A stretch of DNA of 64,000 nt from Gammaproteobacteria bacterium (GCA_009937605.1 JAACFG010000001.1:9527-73526); one strand, 5' to 3'. Numbered from the stretch's first letter, positions 1 through 11,582 are shown. Translations and numbers: made by a program. The notes: a model not told the origin generated them from the letters alone.

Positions 1-106
1 ACTCAGGCAGGTAACGCCCCGCCTGGCGCATGATCCACAGCGGTGTCCGGGATACGGGTTCACGCAGCAACGCGCGTAGCAACAAATCGTTTTTGAGTTC
101 GCTCAT
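1..106 (-). CDS. hemE: Uroporphyrinogen decarboxylase, N-terminal 35 codons only (gene runs off the left edge)
   Basis: Reverse-complement translation from the ATG at 106..104 gives [35 protein letters not shown]. This matches the conserved HemE N-terminus (…[11 protein letters not shown]). The start overlaps the pyrF stop as ATGA. Confidence 0.75.
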   Translation of the reverse strand, partial: MSELKNDLLLRALLREPVSRTPLWIMRQAGRYLPE

Positions 107-822
107 AAGGCTCCAACCTGTTCTGCTATCGATGCCTGCATGGCCTCGGCCGCGGCCCTGGGGCTTCCTGCATCGCGGATCGGACGGCCGACAACGATGT
201 AGTCGCAACCGTTCTGGAATGCGGTCTCGACCGTTACGACGCGCTTCTGGTCGCCGACTGGTTTATTGTCGACAGGACGAATCCCCGGCGAAACCACCAG
301 CAACTTGTCGTCCACGTGCTCACGCAGGGCGGGTACTTCGAGACCGGACGAGATGACGCCGTCACAACCCGACTCCAGACATTGTTTCGCGCGCGACAGG
401 ACCAGGTCGCCGATATTGCAGTCGAAGCCGAGATCGTCGAGGTCACCGCGGTCGAGACTGGTCAATACCGTGACGCCCAGGACCTTGAGACTGTCGCCCT
501 TGTTCTCGGCCGCCGCCTCCATGATCGAGCGATTGCCGTGGACGGTCACAAACGTCGCGCCACGATCCTTGAGTGAGCGAACAGCGGACCCGACGGTTGC
601 CGGAATGTCGAAGAACTTGAGGTCACAGAAGATCTTCTTGTCACGGGCCAGCATCCAGTCGAGCAGGTCGAAGTACTCACCGCTCATCATCAGTTCGAGG
701 CCTATCTTGTAGAAGGTCACCGAATCGCCGAGTTCGTCAGCAAGCTCCCTGGCTCGATCACAGGTCGGGACATCCATCGCGAATATCAGCCTGTCTTTGG
801 CGGGTATGTCTTTGTGCTTCAC
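103..822 (-). CDS. pyrF: Orotidine 5'-phosphate decarboxylase
   Basis: 239-aa ORF. It carries [20 protein letters not shown] and a C-terminal IVVGRPI, which are typical PyrF motifs. Confidence 0.9.
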   Translation of the reverse strand: MKHKDIPAKDRLIFAMDVPTCDRARELADELGDSVTFYKIGLELMMSGEYFDLLDWMLARDKKIFCDLKFFDIPATVGSAVRSLKDRGATFVTVHGNRSIMEAAAENKGDSLKVLGVTVLTSLDRGDLDDLGFDCNIGDLVLSRAKQCLESGCDGVISSGLEVPALREHVDDKLLVVSPGIRPVDNKPVGDQKRVVTVETAFQNGCDYIVVGRPIRDAGSPRAAAEAMQASIAEQVGAL

Positions 823-905
823 AAGGCTTCCTTTGTTTGCCTGGTCACCGTGGGAGCGCGCCTTGCGCGCGAAGCAACTCGGCGGCCGTCAGGCCGCGCA
901 TTCTA

Positions 906-2021
906 TCAGCCTGCGAGCCCTTCGTGGGCGGCGATCGCGTACCGATCCGTCATGCCCGCAATGTAGTCGGCAATTACGCGCGCCCGCTGCGCTTCATTTC
1001 GACTCGCCGCCTTCTCGGCGAACTCCAGCGGCATCAGGAATGGGTCGCCCGAATATGCCTCGAACAGCTCTCGCACAATCGCCTGCGCGCGCCGCGTCAT
1101 CTCGAGCTTCTGCTCGTGGCGGTAAAGGTGCTTGTTCAGGAAGCGCTTCAGGGACACGTGTTGCTCGTAAATCTCCGGCGACATTTGTACCAGGGACTCA
1201 TCCGCCTCACGGACATCGTCGATCGACGCTACGCCCGACGCTTCGATCCGCCGCTGTGTCTCCTCGATCAGGTCCGTCACGACAGTCCCGATCATGCGGC
1301 GAATGATCTCGTAGATAAGCCGCCGATCCTCGAGATCCGGGTAGTGAGCGCGCACATCCAGGTGCTGCGCTTCGAACAAGGGCTGTTCGCGCAGCTGCTC
1401 GAGGGTAAGCAGGCCAGCGCGGAAGCCGTCGTCGACATCGTGATTGTTGTAGGCGATCGCGTCGGCCAGGTTGGCGATCTGCGCCTCGAGGCCGGGCTGC
1501 CTGCGTTCCAGGAAACGCTCGCCCACATCGCCAAGCTCGCGCGCATTGCGCACCGAGCAGTGCTTCAGGATGCCTTCCCTGGTTTCGAACATCAGGTTCA
1601 GACCCGCGAAATCGGCGTACTTGGCCTCAAGCTTGTCAACGACACGCAAGGATTGCAGGTTGTGCTCGAAACCCCCGTAGTCACGCATACAGGCGTTGAG
1701 CGTGTCTTGCCCGGCATGTCCGAAGGGCGTGTGGCCGAGATCGTGGGCAAGGCAGATGGCTTCCGTCAGGGGTTCGTTGAGGCCAAGGGCGACCGCTACG
1801 GAGCGCCCAATCTGCGACACCTCGAGCGAGTGCGTCAGTCGCGTACGGTAAAGATCGCCTTCGTGGTTGACGAAGACCTGGGTCTTGTAGACAAGGCGCC
1901 GAAATGCGGTCGAATGAATAATGCGGTCGCGGTCGCGCTGGTATTCACCGCGATAAGTCGGAGGTGGCTCATTGTAGCGCCTGCCACGGCTATGCAATTC
2001 GTTAGCGGCGTATGACTTCAT
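906..2021 (-). CDS. dgt: dGTP triphosphohydrolase-like HD-domain protein
   Basis: HD motifs HSLEVSQIG and [13 protein letters not shown] chose the internal MKSYAANE start (M41 of the tracked ORF), because the upstream extension is Arg/Cys-rich junk that overlaps aroB. Confidence 0.85.
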   Translation of the reverse strand: MKSYAANELHSRGRRYNEPPPTYRGEYQRDRDRIIHSTAFRRLVYKTQVFVNHEGDLYRTRLTHSLEVSQIGRSVAVALGLNEPLTEAICLAHDLGHTPFGHAGQDTLNACMRDYGGFEHNLQSLRVVDKLEAKYADFAGLNLMFETREGILKHCSVRNARELGDVGERFLERRQPGLEAQIANLADAIAYNNHDVDDGFRAGLLTLEQLREQPLFEAQHLDVRAHYPDLEDRRLIYEIIRRMIGTVVTDLIEETQRRIEASGVASIDDVREADESLVQMSPEIYEQHVSLKRFLNKHLYRHEQKLEMTRRAQAIVRELFEAYSGDPFLMPLEFAEKAASRNEAQRARVIADYIAGMTDRYAIAAHEGLAG

Positions 2022-3060
2022 CGAGTCGGCCCTGATCGTAGTCCGCCGTAACATGACTGTCGCCGATGGCATCCAGCAGAACGAAGCGCAGCTTCTTGCC
2101 CTGTACCTTCTTGTCGAGACCCATCGCCCCAAGCCAGCCATCCGCGCCTATCGGCGGAGGCTCGACCGGCAAACCTGCGCTTGCAAGCAGGTTCGCCAGG
2201 CGCTCGACATCGCCGGCGGGCAGCCCGCTGAGTTTCGCCGCCATCACCATGCCGGCAGCAACCGCTTCGCCATGCAGCCACTGCCCGTAACCCTGGCAGT
2301 GTTCTATTGCATGACCGAAGGTATGACCGAAATTGAGAACTGCCCTGCGGCCGCCTTCGCGTTCGTCGGCCGCGACGACTTCGGCCTTGATTTCGCAGGA
2401 TCGGCGGATCGCATGCACCAGCGCCTCCGGATTGCGTTGCAGCAGCTCTTCCATGTTTTCCTCGAGCCAGGCAAAGAACCCGGCATCGCAGATCGCGCCA
2501 TGCTTGATCACTTCGGCCAACCCGGCCTTGAGTTCGCGATCTGGCAGCGTTGCCAGTGTTGCCGTATCGATCAGCACAACCTGCGGCTGGTGAAACGCAC
2601 CGATCAGGTTCTTGCCCTTCTCGTGGTTGACGCCGGTCTTACCGCCGACGGACGAGTCAACCTGGGCCAGCAATGTCGTTGGCACCTGGATGAAATTTAC
2701 GCCCCGCAGGTAACAGGCCGCCGCGAAACCGGCAATGTCGCCGACGACACCACCGCCAAGGGCAATAACCGTCGTGTCCCGGTTTGCGCCGGTCTCGACA
2801 AGCCCATCGATGATGGTCTGCATCGTCGACACGGTCTTGTACGCCTCGCCATCCGGCAGATTCACGCTCGCGACATCGCATCCCGAAAGGTTCGGCAGCA
2901 ATTTCTCGTAGTAGAGCGGCGCGACGGTTTCATTGCTCACGACCATACAGTCGGAACCGTGGACAAATTCGGCCAGGTCGAAGCCACCGTCGAGCAGGCC
3001 GCTACCGATGACTATCGGGTAGCTGCGGTCACCAAGATCAACGTGGATGGTGGAAGACAT
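2002..3060 (-). CDS. aroB: 3-dehydroquinate synthase
   Basis: [23 protein letters not shown] start (ATG at 3060..3058). [13 protein letters not shown] nucleotide-binding motif and [12 protein letters not shown] metal site. Sits in aroK-aroB synteny. Confidence 0.95.
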   Translation of the reverse strand: MSSTIHVDLGDRSYPIVIGSGLLDGGFDLAEFVHGSDCMVVSNETVAPLYYEKLLPNLSGCDVASVNLPDGEAYKTVSTMQTIIDGLVETGANRDTTVIALGGGVVGDIAGFAAACYLRGVNFIQVPTTLLAQVDSSVGGKTGVNHEKGKNLIGAFHQPQVVLIDTATLATLPDRELKAGLAEVIKHGAICDAGFFAWLEENMEELLQRNPEALVHAIRRSCEIKAEVVAADEREGGRRAVLNFGHTFGHAIEHCQGYGQWLHGEAVAAGMVMAAKLSGLPAGDVERLANLLASAGLPVEPPPIGADGWLGAMGLDKKVQGKKLRFVLLDAIGDSHVTADYDQGRLDEVIRR

Positions 3061-3100
3061 AGGGGGAAGATTACCGCATTGTCGCGGCCTATGGCCGCTC

Positions 3101-3613
3101 CTACGTGATGTGCTCGACGATTTCCTTGGCCACCGCGTGGACCCTGCGGCCATCCGTCTCGACCACGAGGTCGGCAACTTCACGGTACAGCGGATCGCGC
3201 TGCCGCAGCAGGTCTTCGAGAATGCCACGCGGATCGCCGCTCTCCAGCAAAGGACGCTGCCGACCTTTTTCGGTCCGAGCGACCTGCTGGTCAACCGTTG
3301 TGTAGAGATACACAACGAATCCACGTCCGCCGAGATGGCTGCGATTTACGGGGCTAAGAACCGCGCCGCCGCCCGTCGCCAGCACCGCGCCATCCAATCT
3401 CGTCAAGTCATCAATCGCTGCAGATTCTCGCTTGCGAAAACCCTCTTCGCCCTCTTTCTCGAAGATGAAGGCAATATCGACTCCCGTACGTGACTCGATT
3501 TCGTCGTCACTATCGACAAACGTCAGGTGCAACGCGCGTGCCAGCTGCCGTCCGACAGCTGATTTACCGGCCCCCATGGGGCCTACGAGGAATATGTTCT
3601 TTGGATGCTTCAT
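3101..3613 (-). CDS. aroK: Shikimate kinase
   Basis: 170 aa with the P-loop [15 protein letters not shown]. Located between pilQ and aroB, as in many gammaproteobacteria. Confidence 0.95.
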   Translation of the reverse strand: MKHPKNIFLVGPMGAGKSAVGRQLARALHLTFVDSDDEIESRTGVDIAFIFEKEGEEGFRKRESAAIDDLTRLDGAVLATGGGAVLSPVNRSHLGGRGFVVYLYTTVDQQVARTEKGRQRPLLESGDPRGILEDLLRQRDPLYREVADLVVETDGRRVHAVAKEIVEHIT

Positions 3614-3617
3614 AAAC

Positions 3618-3643
3618 GAAAGCCAACCCGAAGGTTGGCTTTC
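3618..3643 (-). terminator. Stem-loop between pilQ stop and aroK start (attenuator or processing hairpin)
   Basis: gaaagccaacc-cgaa-ggttggctttc: a perfect 11-bp stem with a 4-nt loop. No strong U-tract follows on the coding strand, so it is probably leaky. Confidence 0.4.
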
Positions 3644-3667
3644 CTGATTCTATAGAGAATGGCCAGC

Positions 3668-5869
3668 TTAGTAGATACTCGAGCCTTCCTCAAGAATTCG
3701 CGGCGTGACGAAGATCAGCAACTCGGCCTTGTTGTCGATCCGCCTCTTGCTACGGAACAATGCACCTACGAACGGAATATCACCGAGATACGGTACTTTC
3801 TTTTCCGCCTCGCGACGCTCTGTCTCGTAGATACCGCCGAGTACGACCGTTTGGCCGTCCGCGACAAGCACCTGCGTTTCAACTGAACGTGTATCAATAC
3901 TCGGTACGGTACCGCCCAGGCCGCCAGTCGAAATGACTTCACCAACGCTATCTTTGTGAACCCTCAGGTCCATAATGATGTTGTTGTCCGGCGTGATCTG
4001 CGGGGTAACTGTCAGCTCCAGTACTGCTTCCTTGAACTGTACGGTCGTTGCACCCGACGAAGCTGACTGCTGGTAAGGAATCTCCACGCCCTGTTTGATC
4101 GTGGCTTCCTTCTGGTTTGCCGTAATTACGCGAGGCGTCGATACAATCTCGCCCTGGCCTTCGGCTTCGAGCGCCGTCAGTTCGAGATCGACCAGGTAGT
4201 CACTCGCGAGTACAGCAAGCGAGAAGCGTCCCGCGGCGTCCGCAATAGGTACATTAACGTTGTAACGGTTCTGGAGCGACGGTACTTCGATCGGGTAGAC
4301 GGTGCCGTTGGCGGGATCCGCCAGGTTGTCCAAAGCGGAGCCGATCATCGTATCCGTACCCGTGCCGGTACCGGAGGTAACGATCAGGTCATTATTGTCT
4401 TCGTTGTAGGCCGTAACACCAAGCCGTATACCGAGGTCGCGGCTGAAGTTATCGTTGACAACCACAATGCGCGACTCGATCAACACCTGCTTGATCGGGA
4501 CATCCAGCGCTCGAACCAATCGGCGAATGTCCTGGAGACGCTCTGCCGTATCCTGCACGAGCAGTGTATTCGTGCGATCGTCAACGGAAACGCTGCCGCG
4601 ATCCGAAATCATGGATCCAGCGCCGCCTGCACCCTCCATCAGCGCAGCCAGGTCAGACGCTTTCGCATAATTAACCTGCAGGTACTCTGAGTAGATAGGT
4701 TCCAGCTCGGCGATCGCCAATTGTGCTTCAAGATCAGCAGTCTCGCGTGCCGCGATTTCTTCGGCCGGCGCTACCATGATGACGTTGCCATTCTGGCGCA
4801 TATCCAGACCCTTCGTCGTCATGACAATATCGAGGGCCTGATCCCACGGAACATTACGCAGACGCAAAGTAACGTTGCCTTGCACCGTGTCTGAAACAAC
4901 GATGTTCTTACCGGAGGTCTCGGCCAGAAGCTGCAATACAGCGCGTGTTTCAATGTCCTGGAAGTTCAGTGTCAGGCGTTGACCCTCATAATCCTTCGTC
5001 TCGGAGAACAGGCTCGACTCGGCGTCGCTGTCTTCCACCGCAGGGTTGATTTCAATCGTAAACTCGTTATCCGACTGGTAGGCAAGCTGCTCGTACTTGC
5101 CATCGGCGGAAATAACAATGCGCGTATCCAGATTGGTGCGCAGTGCGTCAACGGTCGTTACCGGCGTCGCAAAGTCATTAACGTCGAGACGACGCATTAA
5201 CTCAGCAGGCAAGCTCGTGTCTTTGAACACGGCGACTACGCGACCGCCTTCCTGGCGAATGTCGACAGGCGTGGACGGATCGGTGAGGTTAACAATGACG
5301 CGACCGCCACCATCGCGGGTGCGGCGGAAATCAACAGAAGAAATTGCACGGGCGCCTGGCGCTGCGTAGGAACGGGTCTCGGATGCCGGTGCGCTGGCGA
5401 ACTGGGTAGTACCTGCGCTGTAGTCATCTCCATCGCCAAGGGTAACGACAAGGGTATTTCCGCTTACGCGGGTCTGGTACGCAACCATGGTGTCGAGATT
5501 TAGTACGACACGCGTGCGGCCATTGGCCTCTGCTGTCAGTACCGTATCCAGTGGCCCCATATTCACATCACGACGACGTGAAGCAAGGCCGAGCGACGTT
5601 TCCGGCAAGTCGAGTGCGATGCGCGCAGGGTCCTCGATCGTGAAGTCCAGCGGCTCTGGAGCCGTGTCACTCATGATGAGCTTAAGCTCGACGCGGTCGC
5701 CGGGCAGACTCTGCACCTGAATGTCTTGCAACCTGTTACCTTCCTGGGCGCTGGCAAAAGCACCCCAGAAAAGCAACAACGCTGCCTGTGCCAATACGGC
5801 AAACTTCGCTATGCGATGTCCAGCCGTCGGTTTAGTTTTGAGCATCATTCCAATTACTCCCAGTTCCAT
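3668..5869 (-). CDS. pilQ: Type IV pilus secretin
   Basis: 733-aa ORF with a signal-like N-terminus, AMIN-like repeats and a C-terminal secretin domain (…VPYLGDIPFVGALFRSK…LLIFVTPRIL). Last gene of pilMNOPQ. The true start may be M8 or M9 (5848 or 5845). Confidence 0.9.
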   Translation of the reverse strand: MELGVIGMMLKTKPTAGHRIAKFAVLAQAALLLFWGAFASAQEGNRLQDIQVQSLPGDRVELKLIMSDTAPEPLDFTIEDPARIALDLPETSLGLASRRRDVNMGPLDTVLTAEANGRTRVVLNLDTMVAYQTRVSGNTLVVTLGDGDDYSAGTTQFASAPASETRSYAAPGARAISSVDFRRTRDGGGRVIVNLTDPSTPVDIRQEGGRVVAVFKDTSLPAELMRRLDVNDFATPVTTVDALRTNLDTRIVISADGKYEQLAYQSDNEFTIEINPAVEDSDAESSLFSETKDYEGQRLTLNFQDIETRAVLQLLAETSGKNIVVSDTVQGNVTLRLRNVPWDQALDIVMTTKGLDMRQNGNVIMVAPAEEIAARETADLEAQLAIAELEPIYSEYLQVNYAKASDLAALMEGAGGAGSMISDRGSVSVDDRTNTLLVQDTAERLQDIRRLVRALDVPIKQVLIESRIVVVNDNFSRDLGIRLGVTAYNEDNNDLIVTSGTGTGTDTMIGSALDNLADPANGTVYPIEVPSLQNRYNVNVPIADAAGRFSLAVLASDYLVDLELTALEAEGQGEIVSTPRVITANQKEATIKQGVEIPYQQSASSGATTVQFKEAVLELTVTPQITPDNNIIMDLRVHKDSVGEVISTGGLGGTVPSIDTRSVETQVLVADGQTVVLGGIYETERREAEKKVPYLGDIPFVGALFRSKRRIDNKAELLIFVTPRILEEGSSIY

Positions 5870-5876
5870 TCAGGCG

Positions 5877-6416
5877 TTAGTCTGAAAGACCAACAGCGGC
5901 GTCTCTCTCTATATAGCCGCCGATACCATCAGAAATAATTTCCATCAGTGCGATTTCTGATTCAGAAATATCCGTAATTCGTCCGTCGTTCTGTCCCATG
6001 TAGTTACCGGGAACGACGCGGTGAATCAGACCGTCTGAGGTTTGTACAAGGCCATACATCGTTTCACCGATGTAAAGCGTTCCTACCATGCCGAGCGTAT
6101 CGAGTGGAAAGCTCTCGAGGTACTCGCGGCTCCGATCGAGATCCGGACGCGTACCACCGACTCCGGCACCGGTAGCCTGTGGCGTGTCCGGAACAAACGG
6201 CGAACGCAGGCCCTGGACATCCGCGACATACGTAAATGCCTCGTACGGCAAAACTTCGGGCAAAGGAGCGATTCCGTCACCTTCCCGTTGCTTCACTTCG
6301 TTGATGTAAGCGTCCAGTTCATCCATATCACTACTGCAGGCCGTGAGACCGACGGTAGTAAGAATCAATGCCAGCCCGTACCTGATGACTCGTTCAAATT
6401 TTTGGGAAGCCTGCAT
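5877..6416 (-). CDS. pilP: Type IV pilus assembly lipoprotein PilP
   Basis: 179 aa with the lipobox LTAC near the N-terminus. Position between pilO and pilQ. Confidence 0.8.
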   Translation of the reverse strand: MQASQKFERVIRYGLALILTTVGLTACSSDMDELDAYINEVKQREGDGIAPLPEVLPYEAFTYVADVQGLRSPFVPDTPQATGAGVGGTRPDLDRSREYLESFPLDTLGMVGTLYIGETMYGLVQTSDGLIHRVVPGNYMGQNDGRITDISESEIALMEIISDGIGGYIERDAAVGLSD

Positions 6417-7012
6417 TACTGTGCCTCCTCAATATAGCGGTAGGTTTTGGCTGTTACTTCCATACTCAGGTTGTCGTAACCCTGTCCGCCTTCCGGCGTA
6501 ATATTGATGTTGTGCAAGGTCACGATTCGCGGCAGCGCGGCAATACCGCTCACAAAATTGCCAATCTCGTGATAACTGCCCGTCAGGCGAATATTGATCG
6601 GTTTCTCGGCGTAGAAATCTCTCGGGATCTCGGCCTGCGGTACGAATAGTTTTTCCTGCAACCCTGCGGCGAGACCCGTTTGCGAGATGTCGACGATCAG
6701 GCTTGGAATCTCCGTCTCACCCGGAAGCTGCCGGAGCATCGTTCCGAACGACTCTTTGATCTCTTCAAGCTGATCTTCGTAAGCCTGGTAGTTAGCTGCC
6801 TTGTCCTGTTTGTTCTCAAAAGACAAGCGCAGATCAATCTCCGTCGCGCGTTCGCGCTCGAGCTGTGGTGCCTTGTCCTTGACGATGAACCAATAGATTC
6901 CAAGACCCGTTACCAGCACGAATACAATGATTATGACCGCGACGCGGAAAGCCAAAGGCCAGCGGCCGACGTCATTCGCGTCCAGGCTCTGAAGTTCTTC
7001 AACGAGGTTCAT
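6416..7012 (-). CDS. pilO: Type IV pilus assembly protein PilO
   Basis: 198 aa with one N-terminal TM segment and a coiled-coil region. Overlapping junctions with pilN and pilP. Confidence 0.85.
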   Translation of the reverse strand: MNLVEELQSLDANDVGRWPLAFRVAVIIIVFVLVTGLGIYWFIVKDKAPQLERERATEIDLRLSFENKQDKAANYQAYEDQLEEIKESFGTMLRQLPGETEIPSLIVDISQTGLAAGLQEKLFVPQAEIPRDFYAEKPINIRLTGSYHEIGNFVSGIAALPRIVTLHNINITPEGGQGYDNLSMEVTAKTYRYIEEAQ

Positions 7013-7575
7013 TGCATATCCTCCGCATCAGAATTCGGTGGCGTCTGCTTGAGGTAGACAACAAAATTAGACTGACGCGATGCGCCGGACTGCGTGGTTT
7101 CAACCCTTTCGACCTCCGGGTCGCCCAACCACTCCGACGAGTCAATCTGTCTCATCAGCGCGGATACGCGTGTACTCGATTGCGCAACACCGCGAATCTC
7201 GACACGAGACCCCGTCTGTTTCGCACCGGTCAGGTAAACGCCCTCGGGCAATTGCCTGACGAGTTCGTCAAAGAGATGCACGATCTCCGGGCGGCTCTTT
7301 TGCAGCTCTTCAATAATTTCCATGCGTGCGAGACGTCTTTCCTTCTCGCGTTCAAGTCCATCGATCTTCTCAATAGTCAATTCGAGCTCGCGAATCTCAC
7401 TGGTCAGTCGCTGGTTGCGCGCCTGTTGTCCGTCAATCATCTGCGAGTACGCGAGCATCGCCAGCATGACAACTGCAACACCGGCGATAACCGCGCCGCC
7501 CGTTGCGACACCGAAGTCCCGTTGGCGTTTCTTGCGTTCCGCCTCGCGCCAGGGGAGTAGATTAATACTTGGCAT
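7009..7575 (-). CDS. pilN: Type IV pilus assembly protein PilN
   Basis: Characteristic N-terminus MPSINLLPWREAERKKRQ, followed by a TM segment. 4-nt overlap with pilO. Confidence 0.85.
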   Translation of the reverse strand: MPSINLLPWREAERKKRQRDFGVATGGAVIAGVAVVMLAMLAYSQMIDGQQARNQRLTSEIRELELTIEKIDGLEREKERRLARMEIIEELQKSRPEIVHLFDELVRQLPEGVYLTGAKQTGSRVEIRGVAQSSTRVSALMRQIDSSEWLGDPEVERVETTQSGASRQSNFVVYLKQTPPNSDAEDMQ

Positions 7576-8636
7576 TAGTCAAAACTCCTGAGTGCGAGAC
7601 CACAGGCCGTAAGCAGTGCCGTTGCGTCTTTGTGCACACCTTGTGACTTGGCCTTGGATGAGATCTTCATCTGGCCGAGCGGATCACCGACTTCAGTCGG
7701 GATGCCAACGCGGCTTGAGATGACGTCTGCGATTCCCGGAATGTTGGCGCAACCGCCACATACCAGGATCATGTCTGGCTGCTCGCGTCCACCGCCCGAG
7801 GCAAGGTAGAACTGCAGCGAACGGCTAACCTGTTGCGTCATATCGTCAATGAACGGCTCCAGCACTTCGGGCTGGTAGTTCGACGGCAGGCCGCCCTGCT
7901 TCTTCGCACGACCGGCGTCTTCCATCGACAGTCCGTATGTGCGCATGATTTCCTCGGTCAGCTGCTGGCCGCCAAAGTTGAAGTCGCGCGTGTAGACCAC
8001 TTTGAGGTCCGTCAGAACACTAAATGTCGTGCTGGAGGCGCCAATGTCGACGACGGCTACTGCCTGACCCATGCCACCGTCAGGAATCTGGTGACTTAAG
8101 AGGCGGCAGGCATTTTCCAGCGCGAATGCTTCAACGTCGACGATCTGCGTGGCAAGGCCCGCAGCATCGACAGAAGACTGGCGCTGTTCAACGTTTTCTG
8201 TGCGTGTCGCGACAAGCAACACGTCCATCAGCTCGGGATCCTTGTCATTGGGACCGATGACTTCGTAGTCGAAGCTCACCTCTTCCATCGGGAAGGGGAT
8301 GTACTGGTCCGCCTGGATTTCGACTTGACCCTCAAGATCTCGCTCGGAGAGGCTCGAAGGCATCTGGATGACTTTAGTAATGGCCGCATCACCACTGATG
8401 GCGACGGCCACATCGGTAGCCTTGGCTCCCGCACGCTTGACGGCGCGGCGAATGGCCTCACCGACAGCTTTAGCGTCGACGATGGCTTTTTCGCTCACCG
8501 AGCTCGGGGGAGTAGGCTCTGCTGAATAAGACTCGACCCGATAGCGCTTCCCGCTCTGCGAGAGCTCTATCAGCTTCACCGACGACGTCGTTATATCGAG
8601 GCCCAGCAATGGCTGTGATTTTTTGCCAAAAAGCAC
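7575..8636 (-). CDS. pilM: Type IV pilus assembly ATPase-fold protein PilM
   Basis: 353 aa, actin/FtsA-like (LGLDITTSSVKLIEL…). First gene of the pil operon, divergent from ponA. Confidence 0.9.
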   Translation of the reverse strand: MLFGKKSQPLLGLDITTSSVKLIELSQSGKRYRVESYSAEPTPPSSVSEKAIVDAKAVGEAIRRAVKRAGAKATDVAVAISGDAAITKVIQMPSSLSERDLEGQVEIQADQYIPFPMEEVSFDYEVIGPNDKDPELMDVLLVATRTENVEQRQSSVDAAGLATQIVDVEAFALENACRLLSHQIPDGGMGQAVAVVDIGASSTTFSVLTDLKVVYTRDFNFGGQQLTEEIMRTYGLSMEDAGRAKKQGGLPSNYQPEVLEPFIDDMTQQVSRSLQFYLASGGGREQPDMILVCGGCANIPGIADVISSRVGIPTEVGDPLGQMKISSKAKSQGVHKDATALLTACGLALRSFD

Positions 8637-8993
8637 GTGTTTTTCCTTCTAAGTCGGTAAGTTGCGAGTCAAATGTAAGTCGGAACTTAGCAAAGCGATT
8701 TAACTATATATCAATAAAATGTTAAATAAAACGTGACTGTGTTCACGATCCAACAATCCCTATGTTAAGCAGCTGACGGGATGGTTTCCGTGAACCAGTC
8801 GATGTGGCGACCCGAGACTCCTTATTGCAGGCTTCAGCCAGGTATGACTATCATCGCCGCCATATCCTGCTTTGCTGAGCATTTGCCCCAAGAAAGCCAC
8901 ATTCTCGTCATCGGTCGAACACCACGTTACTCTTTAATAAGGCCCTGCTAGGCCTTTAGAATTCGGGGTGTACAGCCGAAAACGACTGTAACT

Positions 8994-11579
8994 ATGCATA
9001 ATTCAACGAAAAAAAAATCCAACTCACGTCACATTAGGCGACATAAGATGATTCGGGCGGTGATTGTCCTTCTCGGATTAGGCGTCATTACGGCCGTTGG
9101 CGCGGTCGCAGGCGTAGTCGGAGCTTATTACTATGTCCAGCCGGGACTGCCGGCCGCAGAGACTATTCGCGATATCCCGCTGCAGATTCCCCTGCGTATA
9201 TTCAGCCGCGATGGCCTCCTGGTCTCCGAGATCGGGGAGCGGCGGCGTATCCTGGTTACTTTCGACGATCTCCCGCAGCACGTGGTCCACGCGTTTGTCG
9301 CGGCTGAGGACCAGCGATTCTTTGTTCACCCGGGCATCGACTACCGCGGTATTCTGCGCGCGTTTGCTCAATTGGCCGCAACGGGTGATATCTCAAGCGG
9401 TGGCAGCACGCTAACGCAGCAGCTTGCTCGCGATTACTTCCTGACACGCGAACAGAAGTTCACTCGCAAGCTGCGCGAGGCATTTCTTGCTTACAAGATC
9501 GAGCAGGAATTCACGAAGGAGCAGATCATGGCGCTGTTCCTGAACAAGATGTTTTTCGGGCAGCGTGCCTACGGTGTCGCGGCGGCGGCGCAGGTCTATT
9601 TCAACAAGAATCTGGCCGACATCAACGAGGCAGAGGCGGCAACGCTGGCCGGTGTGCTGCCCGCACCGTCGCGCTATAACCCTGTCTACAGCGCAGCAAA
9701 CGCCGAGATTCGTCGAGGGTATGTATTGGGACGAATGCTCGACCTCGACTACATCGACGAGTCGGTCTATGAGCAAAACATGGCCTGGCCCATGGAATCA
9801 CGCCTGCATGGAACCGCCGTGGAGCTCAGCGCGCCGTTCGTCGCGGAAATGGTCCGCAGCGAGATGCTCAAGCGCTATGGTGAAGGCACCTATACCGATG
9901 GATACCAGGTCGTCACATCACTGGACTCGCGACTGCAGAAGGCTGCGAACTACTCGCTGCGCAACGGCCTGCTGGAGTTTACGCGGCGCCGCGGCTACAA
10001 GGGTCCGATTCAGAATGTCGAAGTAACAGACGATTTGCTGGCGACGCCATTCGAGGAATGGCCAGTCGAAATTCGTGAACTGCTTGAACAGTATGCGCCC
10101 GGCGGGCTTTCCACTGCGCTGGTTACGGCGGTCAATGAGAACAACAGCGCATCGCTGCTGTTGCGTGCGGGTGTAACGTCCGTGTTGCCGTGGGCTGGAA
10201 TAAAATGGGCGAAGCCGTTCATTGATCGTACGACAACCGGACCGGAGCCTGAGTCCGCGGCCGACGTACTGGCTGTTGGCGACCTTATCTATGTCATGCC
10301 CACCACGATGGGAATTTGGGCGCTTGCGCAGGTGCCCGAAGCGCAGGGCGCGGTCGTTTCGATCGACCCGTTTGATGGCGCAATCAATGCATTGACCGGC
10401 GGTTTCGATTTTACGACCAGTAAGTTCAATCGTGCCCGGCAAGCATTCCGGCAACCGGGCTCGTCCTTTAAACCATTTATCTATTCGGCGGCGCTGGAAC
10501 ATGGCAACACGCCGGCAACCGTTGTTCTCGACGCGCCCGTCGTAATCAACTCCTCGGAGCTCGAAGCCGTCTGGCGCCCGATCAACTACAGCGGTCGCTT
10601 CTATGGTCCGACGCGCATGCGTGAAGCTCTGAAGCGTTCGATGAACCTCGTATCGGTCCGCCTGCTGTTATTTGAGACGGGTGTCGGCAATGCCGTTCGT
10701 CATATAGCGAAGTTCGGTTTCGGCGGTGCCGCCCTGCCCCACAACGGGTCGCTTGCGCTGGGTGGCGGTGCTGCGTCGCCACTCGATATGGCACAGGGCT
10801 ACGCCACGCTTGCCAACGGTGGCCACGCGGTCAAGCCTTACGTGATCGATGCCATCTACGGGCCGGAAGGCGAAACCTTGTACCGCGCCGAACCCGCCAT
10901 CGTCTGTGATGAGTGCGTTCCATCCGACGACCCTGAGCTGGATTTCGACGATGAACTGGTTGCAGAACTGACGCTCGACGAGATGGCGGAGATTGCAACC
11001 GTATACCGGCCCGATGCGACGGCTGCGCCGGAGTTATTCGAAGACGTGGTGCTCGCGCCGCAGGCCGTTTCGCCCCAGAACATCTTTCTCGTGCAGGACA
11101 TGATGCGCGACGTCGTGCGGGCCGGCACTGGTCGCCGTGCCATGGCCCTCGGCCGCAATGACCTCTCCGGCAAGACAGGCACATCGAATGATCGACGCGA
11201 CGCGTGGTTCGGCGGTTTCAACGCTGACATCGCCGCCATTGTCTGGGTCGGATACGACGACGATCTCCCGCTCGGCCCGGGTGAAGAAGGGTCCCGCACC
11301 GCGCTCCCCATCTGGGTCGAATTTGCCCGTATTGCCCTGAACGGTGTCCCCAACAATCAGATGCCAATGCCGGACGGAATCGTCACGGTCCGTATTGATC
11401 GCGAAACCGGCTGTCCCGCGCGCGCTGGCCAGGCAAACGCCATATTTGAGGTGTTCAGGGAGGGTCACGTACCTGTATGCGAGGCTATCGACGACACACC
11501 AAGTATCTTCAATGACGCATCCGGGATCGATCCGGATCCCGAAGAAGAGTTGGGGGAAGACGACGAGTCGATCTTCTGA
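8994..11579 (+). CDS. mrcA: Penicillin-binding protein 1A (bifunctional transglycosylase/transpeptidase)
   Basis: Glycosyltransferase motif AAEDQRFFVHPGIDY. Transpeptidase motifs SSFKPF (SxxK) and SGKTGTSND (KTG). The start could instead be MIRAVIV at 9048. Confidence 0.9.
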   Translation: MHNSTKKKSNSRHIRRHKMIRAVIVLLGLGVITAVGAVAGVVGAYYYVQPGLPAAETIRDIPLQIPLRIFSRDGLLVSEIGERRRILVTFDDLPQHVVHAFVAAEDQRFFVHPGIDYRGILRAFAQLAATGDISSGGSTLTQQLARDYFLTREQKFTRKLREAFLAYKIEQEFTKEQIMALFLNKMFFGQRAYGVAAAAQVYFNKNLADINEAEAATLAGVLPAPSRYNPVYSAANAEIRRGYVLGRMLDLDYIDESVYEQNMAWPMESRLHGTAVELSAPFVAEMVRSEMLKRYGEGTYTDGYQVVTSLDSRLQKAANYSLRNGLLEFTRRRGYKGPIQNVEVTDDLLATPFEEWPVEIRELLEQYAPGGLSTALVTAVNENNSASLLLRAGVTSVLPWAGIKWAKPFIDRTTTGPEPESAADVLAVGDLIYVMPTTMGIWALAQVPEAQGAVVSIDPFDGAINALTGGFDFTTSKFNRARQAFRQPGSSFKPFIYSAALEHGNTPATVVLDAPVVINSSELEAVWRPINYSGRFYGPTRMREALKRSMNLVSVRLLLFETGVGNAVRHIAKFGFGGAALPHNGSLALGGGAASPLDMAQGYATLANGGHAVKPYVIDAIYGPEGETLYRAEPAIVCDECVPSDDPELDFDDELVAELTLDEMAEIATVYRPDATAAPELFEDVVLAPQAVSPQNIFLVQDMMRDVVRAGTGRRAMALGRNDLSGKTGTSNDRRDAWFGGFNADIAAIVWVGYDDDLPLGPGEEGSRTALPIWVEFARIALNGVPNNQMPMPDGIVTVRIDRETGCPARAGQANAIFEVFREGHVPVCEAIDDTPSIFNDASGIDPDPEEELGEDDESIF

Positions 11580-11582
11580 GAG

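Noticed and set aside
837-2015. 392-aa ORF on the + strand
   Set aside because: It is antisense to the dGTPase-like gene. It is Arg/Leu/Val-rich with no motifs, which is the typical shadow ORF of high-GC DNA.
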